Assembly: GCF_001194135.2 (NCBI RefSeq)
Contig: NC_068985.1
Span: 34,364,733 to 34,424,252 of the forward strand
Source: Octopus bimaculoides
Taxonomy: Eukaryota
Length of the DNA stretch: 59,520 nucleotides
Direction: 5' to 3'
Part shown: one piece after another, positions 50,962-59,520 of the stretch
Layout of the letters: every line of letters starts with the position of its first letter
How positions within the stretch are numbered: the stretch's first letter is position 1
The notes under the pieces: model-generated
The model's input: the letters and a program-made list of their open reading frames with translations, nothing else
Database searches by the model: none
What the model was told of the DNA's origin: nothing
Made by a program: the position numbers and the translations under genes

Positions 50962-51120
50962 ATGTATGTATGTATGTATGTATGTATGTATGTATGTATG
51001 TATGTATGTATGTGTGTGTGTATGTGTGTATATATGTATGTATGTATGTATGCATGCATGTATGTATGTGTGTGTGTGTCTGTGTGTATGTATGTATGTA
51101 TATATGCATGCATACATACA
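50962..51120. repeat. (TATG)n/(TG)n microsatellite
   Basis: Direct inspection. Confidence 0.95.
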
Positions 51121-51229
51121 TGTCTGTCTGTCCTGTTTTTAAATTCTTCCTCTGAAAAAGGAGCTGGTTTCTAACAAATATACAAAGCTCCATCTTTGGA
51201 ATGTAGATAATGAAAACAATGTCACATTT

Positions 51230-51540
51230 TAAACCTGAGAAAAAATTGCATAGTTTAACAGATTGTTTTTGAAATGTGTAAATCAGTCGGTTCATTTCTT
51301 TTTCTGAAAATCCATGCTTATCTAGACTGAGAGTTAGGCATTTACTTACAAAACCAAGTGCTCCAATTATTATTGGTACAAATGTAAATTCGTAATCTGG
51401 ATATAGAAGCTGTAAGTTTTGAAGCAGTTTTCATACTTATCTTCTTTCACTTTCATTTTCAAAGAGATATTCACATCAGCAGAACAGCTGATTTCTATGA
51501 TGGTACACACTTTTCCTTTCCCAGACTGAAATTCACCATT
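51230..51540 (-). mobile_element. R4/Dong-like RLE C-terminal fragment
   Basis: CTIIEISCSADVNISLKMKVKEDKY.. and VPIIIGALGFVSKCL. Confidence 0.75.
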
Positions 51541-51859
51541 GATTGCTTTCATCCATGTTCACCATCCACTACATTCACCTTTCTCCCCATTTCCAACCAT
51601 CTGTCCTTCTCTTTCATGCTCTTGTGAACTTACCCATCCACCCTTCCTGCTCCCTTGTTCCTAGTCTCTCTTTGATTCACTTCCTTGTGCCTTGAAGGTA
51701 TGCCCTGACATCTTATCACTGCCATCTTCACTCTCTTTCCAGTTGGGGTAGTCATGTATCTCCTTTGCAGCAAACTGAAAAAATGGAAAAGAGTAAGAAA
51801 GAACAAAAAACGAAATTAGAGAGCCAAAAATAAAGACAGAAAAAAGAGAGACAGAGAAA

Positions 51860-51910
<51 letters not shown>

Positions 51911-53423
51911 CCTTCCTACAATAAATTCTTTCATTCACAATTCTTTCATTCTTTATACTATAGAATGGAAGTGAAAACAGTGTGAGAAAGATAGGAGAAT
52001 AAATTACAAGAAAGAAATGAAAGAAGTGAAAGTAGAAGAGTCTAAATGGACATTCAAATTTGAATTGCTTGCAGCTTAATTATCTGCATAATTTAATTGG
52101 TTAGACAGTTGTAGAACAGTGAACATTTTTGAGTGAGGCAAGAGGGAGAAGTAGATAATACATGTAAAACAATTAGTTGTCCTAAAAGTAAGCAAAGAAA
52201 CACATTCTGATATCCTGAACAGGCTTGGTTTAGTTTTAGATCCGTTTTACATCTGCTTTTACACCATATGATGTAAATGTAAGACTTGCTGTTGGTAAGT
52301 AAATATTGTTTACTATTCATGTGAAGCTTAAATCCAACAAAGTATAACTTTGTAATTTCTACTATCCAACTACGAAAGTTTAAATTTGTATTCTATTTAA
52401 AGTTGGAAGTTTTCGGTCTATTTAACCACCTCACAAAAATGCACACATTACACATGTAAGTATTTATATATATACACATACATATAGACATGCATACATA
52501 CATACATACACACACACATATATATATATACATACTGAGGGTGATAAATTGAATATTAATTTCAATTTAAAACCAGTGGTCTAACATATAAAAATCTGAT
52601 ACTTCAGAAAAATTGTATTACATGCGTATAAGAAGGGATGACCACTAGGTGGACTCCCAATATGCTAGAAAGAGGTTATCAACGACCCAACCACAAAGAA
52701 AAATAATGTTCTCCAGAAAAAAATTCAGTAAACACCAGAGCATAGGCGGGCAGGACATATATATATACACTATAATGGAGAAAGCTGCTTATTAATTAGG
52801 TATGTAACAATTACTAAAAGTACTAAAAGAAAGCAATTATTAAAAAGTTGACCATCTGGAAATATTTTCATAAATTTATGTTCCAAGAAATTTCCAATAA
52901 TTTCAATTTCTCAAGTTTCTTGAATTTTTATAATTCCAATTTCTTGCAAACTTAAATATTCATTGCATTCACTGCATCCAGTTCACAAATTTAAATATTC
53001 GTTGCATTCATTGCGCAGTGTTCCATTCTCATTTGCAAAGTCTCTCACTTTCTCTTTTAAGTTTTCATTTACTATTTGGAAAACTGACAGTTTGTTCTAT
53101 TAATGTATATGTAATTTATTATTTATTATTCTATTAATGTTAACCTAATTTATTATTTATTGAATGAAAATTTAAAAAATACCCGTATAATTTTTGAATG
53201 TGAGACAGATGTGAGAAGAGCCTAAAAAGTTGGGTAATAACTATTAGAAGATGAAGAGAAAAAAGTTACCGACAGGTACTTGAAACTTGCACCTTATTCA
53301 CAGTTTCCAAATACTCTGTACCACTAAGCCAATGTATACACAAGCAAGCTGCACGAGCAACTTCAACAGTGACACGCTCACATACATACATAGATACACA
53401 TACACACAAATGAAAGGCTATGA

Positions 53424-53457
<34 letters not shown>

Positions 53458-53612
53458 TTGCTGTTCACTGACAAAATTTCGTGCTGCATTGCTTTTGCGA
53501 AGTTTTGCCATTGAACAAGTCGTGGTTTCAAAGCGAAGAAAATATTTTGACACAAATGAAATTTTAATGTTGAAGTGAAACTAGTAATACTTAAATACAG
53601 AGGTCCCTTAAT

Positions 53613-53799
53613 GGTACTACTTAAATACAGGTGTTATGCACAAAACATTTTAAATGTACGCTTTGTGGATGTGTAATGACACCCTAACCCTAACCCTAAA
53701 ACTAGCCCTAACCTTAACCCTAAAAACTAATTCTAAAACTAACCCTCCCCTTCATATCGTTACGTAGATGCATCGGGATATCTGTATTTAAGCAGTGCT
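53613..53799. mobile_element. MITE with about 18-bp TIRs and internal (CCCTAA)-like repeats
   Basis: ggtactacttaaatacag ... ctgtatttaagcagtgc; accctaaccctaaccctaa inside. Confidence 0.6.
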
Positions 53800-54249
53800 G
53801 TGAAACTAACGGCTTCTGTGTGTTCTTAAATGGCTTACAGACATGTACGCTGCAATTGTTTTTGTTTCAGCACACGTTCTCAGATCAAATCACTTACTAT
53901 GCAAGTACATCTCCGTAATTTTTAAAAATCTCTGTGGATAAATGCCAGCAATGACCTTTTCAGGCTCTCCAATATTTTAATTTCTAAACAAAACCAACTG
54001 AGAGCAGGGAGTTGGGCTGCGAAAAATTCATAATTCCTCAAATTTTCTTTTTTATAGCATATAGATGTATTTATGGGGGAAAATACTGAAAGACATCAAT
54101 ACATGCAAGAGAGATAAAGAAACGAAGAGGGTTGTCTTTGGATATGCTAGAAGCAACAGCCAAATCGCCCTTAAATCACTCACTTTTCTCTCTGAAAATA
54201 TTAACAATTTTTACCAAAAATGCTCTTCCATGGTCTTGCGGGATGATGA

Positions 54250-54640
54250 AGGACAGGGTGTAAAAAAATAAAAAGAACTTACAAAACTTTTTTCATACAA
54301 AGATGCCCCACCCATCATTTTGAAGGTTGTAGTTTTAAAAAAAGATGAGGAAAATCCCTTAAAAAATTTTCCCCACAAATTTCTTTATAATCGTAATCTA
54401 TGCTACTTGAAAGGTATTTGTATAAATTTTCATTAAAAAATACCCATCTTCCTGAAAGTTATGATGGAAAAAAGTCAGATTATGTGAATTTTCCAAAACT
54501 CCTCTATCCACGCCCTCGTAAAAATTCTTTCTCATAAATCCCTATATACTCAATGCCATAATATCTAAGCGGTATGTGTAGAAAATTTTGTAAAAAAGTA
54601 TCCATTTACTGGCTGTCGTGAGGCGACAAAGTCGGGGGCA
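54250..54640 (+). mobile_element. Possible Helentron/DINE-like non-autonomous element
   Basis: Terminal GC hairpin tgtcg-tgagg-cgaca at 54614-54628; classification is tentative. Confidence 0.3.
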
Positions 54641-55519
54641 TATACATCTGTAGTAATGCCCTTTTATTTATACGATATTTTCATTTCATGTTTATTTCAT
54701 TCATTGTTTACAATGTTCTCTCTCACCACTTCTGCTAGTATATATCCGTGTTCAGATTGTCCTTGCACAGGGGCCATCTAGACTCCCATTTGCGCCGTGA
54801 ACAGGGATTAATCTTCTCTCTTTGCTCCTTTGCATCACATGGCCTCTATCGCCCTCCCACCCACCTCTCCTCTCTTGCTCCGACTCCTACCTCTCTTCAC
54901 TCCTACTCTCCTCTCTTCTCTTCGCTCCTACCAACCTTCTCCTTCCCCCTTCATCATCNNNNNNNNNNNNNNNNNNNNNNNNNNNNNNNNNNNNNNNNNN
55001 NNNNNNNNNNNNNNNNNNNNNNNNNNNNNNNNNNNNNNNNNNNNNNNNNNNNNNNNNNNNNNNNNNNNNNNNNNNNNNNNNNNNNNNNNNNNNNNNNNNN
55101 NNNNNNNNNNNNNNNNNNNNNNNNNNNNNNNNNNNNNNNNNNNNNNNNNNNNNNNNNNNNNNNNNNNNNNNNNNNNNNNNNNNNNNNNNNNNCAGCCTAA
55201 CCCACACCCCACCCTTGCTTTCCCCACTCTTACCTCCCCCACCTCCCAACACCATCACACCACACCACACCACACCACACCACTACACCATACACCACCA
55301 TACCACACAACACATCACACCATCATGCACACACCAGCACTGACCACTTCCCAGCCCCACATTTTCACACCTACACATTCACACATGCATACGTCAAGAT
55401 CACCAGCCCTCTTCCACACGCACATACAAACTCTCTTATACACATGCACGCTCACCTTCATTTTGGGATCACCACTACTTTATTATCTCCCCCTTCTCCC
55501 TAGCTCTCTTGTGTGACGC

Positions 55520-55725
55520 TTCTGTCCGGCATTGGGCATGATAGATTGCTAGCCACTACACATTCTTTATTTTCTCTCCTTGTTTCTTTTTGTGTTCCTT
55601 TCTGTGGAAGAGCGCAGGCTTGAAACGTTAAAGACTTTTTCACTTACCGAGTGTTATACTAATACATCTGTTTGTTGTCTACACCACCTGTCTTCGTCTT
55701 ATGTTTTTTTGTGAATTCTCCCTAT
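55520..55725 (+). mobile_element. Penelope-like pLTR-type repeat with a variant hammerhead-like fold (55598-55633)
   Basis: cttt CTGTGGA a gagc gcag gctt GAAAC GTT aaag. Confidence 0.5.
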
Positions 55726-55779
55726 ATATATATATATATATATATATATGCATATTTGTTTATATGTGTGTATATATAT

Positions 55780-56870
55780 ATTTCATCATCATCGTCATCA
55801 TCGTTTAGTGTCTGCTTTCCATACTGGCATGGGTTGGGTGGTTTGACTGAGAGCTGACAAGCTAGAAGGCTGTACCAGGCTCCAATCCAATCTGGCAAAG
55901 TTTCTACAATTGGATGCCCTTCTTAACGTCAGCCGCTCCGAGAGTGTAGTGGGTGCTTTTTACATGCCACCGGCACGAGAGCCAGTCAGGTGGTACTGGC
56001 ATGACCACGCTTGAATGGTGCTTTTTACATGCCACCAGCATGGGAGCCAGTCAGGTGGAAATGGCAACGACCACAATCGAATGGTGCTTTTTACGTGCCA
56101 CCAGCACAGGACCAGTCAGGCACCACTGGCATTGACCATACATGAATGGTGCCTTTTATATGCCACTGGCACAGGTGCCAATCAGGCAGTACTGTCATCG
56201 GCTATGACAACAACTTCACTTGCCTCAACAGGTCTTCGCAAGCACAGTTTATTGCTCAATGATTGAAGAGTACTCTTCAATGGACTGGTTACGCTGCACT
56301 GGCATAGGTAACGGTCTCACTTTGCTTGCCGAGTCTTCTCAAATACAACATATCTCCAAAGGTCTCGGTCACTTGTCATTGCCTCGGTGATGTCCAATGT
56401 TCGGAGGTCATGCTTCACCACCTCATCCCAGGTCTTCCTGGGTCTACCTCTTCCACAGGTTCCCTCTACTGCTAGGGTGTGACACTTTTTCACACAGCTG
56501 TCCTCCTTCATATGCAACACATGACCATACTAGCACAGATGTCTCTCTTGCACACCACATCTGATGCTTCTTATGTCCAATTTTTCTCTCAGGGCGCTTA
56601 CACTCTGTCATGCATGCGCACTGACATTACACATTGAGCAGAGCATACTAGCTTCATTCCTTGCAAGCTTACACATGTCATCAGTAGTCACAGCCCATGT
56701 TTCACTGCCATGTCGCATGGCTGCTTGCACACATGCATCATGCAGTCTACTTTTTACTCTGAGCGAGAGGCCCTTTGTTACCAGCAGATGTAGGAGCTCT
56801 CTGAACTTTGCCCAGGCTATTCTTTTTCTAGCAGCTACACGCTCAGAGCATCCAACCCCGCTACTGACTT
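55780..56870 (-). mobile_element. RTE LINE 3' end: ORF C-terminus (stop at 56317), 3' UTR with about 55-bp internal tandem units, (GAT)n tail
   Basis: LHGSETWAVT, VEGTCGRGRPRKTWDEVVKHDL..VFEKTRQAK-stop. Confidence 0.9.
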
Positions 56871-58296
56871 AAGCTATCAACTACTTGTAGTTTTTCCCCC
56901 TGGAATGTGACGGAAGCTATTTTCTGCACATTTTTGGTGTTAATTGCCCCTGCGCATTTACTGATATTCATATGTTTATATATACTGGATGCAGCTCTGC
57001 ATCATTAACCAGATTGAGGGTTAAAAAATCACAGTAGAGTTCATTCAAATGGACAGCCATGTTGAAGTGGCTACGAATATCATATATATACATGTATGTA
57101 TGTATATAAAAAAAATATATATATACACACACACATATATAAAATATATACATAGACACACAGAACACTATATATATTGTGTATATATATATATATATAT
57201 ATATATAAATTTGTTTTCACAATGTATATTTAAATATATATATATATATCTCCTTTCCCAAACTTCACTTATTCCCTTCCTCACATTTCCTCTTCATCCA
57301 CTATGATTTCCCACTCCCCAATCCTGTCCTCACTACACTGTTCACTGTTTGCTGGTTTCCCCAACCCCTCTATATATGTAGGTTCTCACCAGTCACAGTA
57401 TTCCCTACCCCCACTCCCTATTTGTGCTTTCTTGGCAATTTCCTGTCACATATATTATGACCTCCATACCTTTGGAGTATGCCCTGACACGTGTCACCAT
57501 TTATCTTTCTCTTCCATACTCTATCATCGCATCTATGCTCTGATCCCTGTTCCTTATGAGTATACCCTGGCAATTTGCCACCATCCCTCTTTGCTCTCTC
57601 TTGTACTCTTGCTGTCTCCCACTCTCTCTCTCTCTCTTTCCCTTACTCTTCCCTCTGGCTGGGTAGCCATGAATCTCCTCTACAGCAGCACACCTGTTTC
57701 AGTCCTCGTTCTTGATCACTTTCTCTCCCTCCTTCTCTTGCTCTTACCTCTGACTAGGTAACCATGTACCTCCTTTACAGCAGCACATGTTTCTGTCCTC
57801 ATTCTGATAACCCTCTCTCTCTCTCTCTTCCTTTCTGGCTGGGTAACCATGTACCTCCTCTGCAGCAAGACATCTGTTTCTGTCCCTGTCTTTTTGTCAT
57901 ACTCTAACCTTTCATCACCTGACAAAAGATCACCTGCTCCAATGCCCCACCCCCACAACCACTTTCAAAGATTCTTTGTCTTGCAAAATACTTGGTGATC
58001 CTGTCAGTGCTTGTGCCACTTAAGAAGCATCCAGTCCACACTGTACTGGTGCCATGTAAAATGCACTCTGCAGGGTGGTTGGAGTTAGGAAGGATATCCA
58101 GCCATAAAACCCTACCAAAACAGACAGAAGTCTGATGTAATCTTCTACCTGGCCAGCTCTTGTCAAGCCATCCAACCCATGCTAGCATGGAAGGAGAACG
58201 TCAAACAATGATAATGATGATGATGATATATATTATGTGTGTATAATATTTATCTATATCTATATGGAAACACATTTATATACATACACACACACA

Positions 58297-58380
<84 letters not shown>

Positions 58381-58817
58381 GAGACCACTAAAGTGGACTG
58401 TTAATGTGCTAGAAGAAGATCACTTAAAAATTTCTCAAAGAAAAATTCAGCTGAGCAAAAACAGGCGGGCGAGACTGGTGAAAATTATAAATACCTCGGT
58501 TATCTGTAGACCATGGTTTCAAAATCAACACTTTCTTATATATANNNNNNNNNNNNNNNNNNNNNNNNNNNNNNNNNNNNNNNNNNNNNNNNNNNNNNNN
58601 NNNNNNNNNNNNNNNNNNNNNNNNNNNNNNNNNNNNNNNNNNNNNNNNNNNNNNNNNNNNNNNNNNNNNNNNNNNNNNNNNNNNNNNNNNNNNNNNNNNN
58701 NNNNNNNNNNNNNNNNNNNNNNNNNNNNNNNNNNNNNNNNNNNNNNNNNNNNNNNNNNNNNNNNNNNNNNNNNNNNNNNNNNNNNNNNNNNNNNNNNNNN
58801 NNNNNNNNNNNNNNNNA

Positions 58818-59520
58818 CGATGTAGAAGACAACTGGAGGTTTCTACGGGACAACCTGCCGAGGGCCACTGACCAGATCTGTGGATGGTGCAAAGTCCCCT
58901 CTCGAACCAGAGTAACGTGGTGGTGGAACAATGTTGTTGACAGGGCTATTAGACAAAAGAAACAGGCTTGGAAAGACTGGAAGAACGGTGGTAGCAGGGA
59001 ATTGTATCAGACTGTCAGAAGGGAAGCTAGGCGACAGGTTTATTTAGCCAGAGGGGAAGCAGATGAGAAAAAATTTGCCAATGTTATGCGCCGTGAGGAA
59101 AAAAGACTAGAGGTATTTCGTGTTGCAAGACAGTGTGTGAAAGCGAATCGTGATGTCGTGGGAGAGAAATGTGTTCGCATGGATGATGGTACATTTGCAC
59201 TAAACGAGGCTGCAAAGAAAGAGGTTTGGAGACGCCACTACGAAAGATTGCTCAATAAAGAGAATGAATGAGAGAAAGAGAGTCTGCCGAATGTCGGCCC
59301 AACAGAGGAACCAGCTATCCGAGTTGACAGTACCATGGTAGATAAAGCAATCAAGAGTATGAAGACAGGGAAAGCCCCTGGCCCATCAGGAATCACTGCA
59401 GAGATGCTCAAAATATCTGGCAGTGTCGGCTATAGCCTAGTCACCCGTATCGTTAACCAGGTGATACATGAAGGAGTCATACCCAATGACTGGTGTAGCA
59501 GCACCATAGTCAACTGCTAC
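58818..59520 (+). mobile_element. RTE LINE (linker to RT N-terminus), runs off the window; one TGG-to-TGA stop
   Basis: VTWWWNNVV, DVVGEKCVRMDDG, MKTGKAPGPSGITAEMLK, IPNDWCSSTIV. Confidence 0.92.

Noticed and set aside
55960-56200. CRISPR-like repeat-spacer pattern (also 48680-49030)
   Set aside because: These are diverged tandem units of the RTE 3' UTR in a eukaryotic genome, with no unique spacers and no cas genes.

Overview
AT-rich, repeat-dense animal genomic DNA from a gapped draft assembly, with 7 N-runs. The repeat families look like those I recall from Octopus, so a coleoid cephalopod is inferred but not proven. There are no prokaryotic features, CRISPR arrays, rRNA or intact tRNA genes, and almost every ORF in the supplied track is a transposon fragment, a microsatellite or an N-gap artefact. 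The one host gene I can support is missed by the ORF track. It is the 3' end of a plus-strand gene made of eight short GT-AG exons (824-883, 2303-2353, 2787-2846, 3487-3537, 3769-3810, 8563-8604, 9391-9446, 16117-16161). These splice into one open frame encoding an acidic, Pro-rich tail in which each exon carries one tyrosine motif (YFEV, YVCM, YFEV, YVCM, YVNI, YVNL, YENN, YYSTL). Six are symmetric phase-1 exons produced by tandem exon-plus-intron duplication. The rest is a nested transposon landscape: RTE LINEs (two families), R4/Dong-like and HERO-like RLE LINEs, a Tx1/L1-like LINE, two Gypsy elements, Tc1, mariner, hAT-Charlie, a possible piggyBac fragment, tRNA-derived SINEs and foldback elements. 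Several short repeats carry minimal type I hammerhead-ribozyme folds of the Penelope-associated kind, from at least 3-4 unrelated families. One of these is fused to a tRNA-Arg-like Pol III head. One Gypsy element has an internal LTR segment inverted between its two LTRs.
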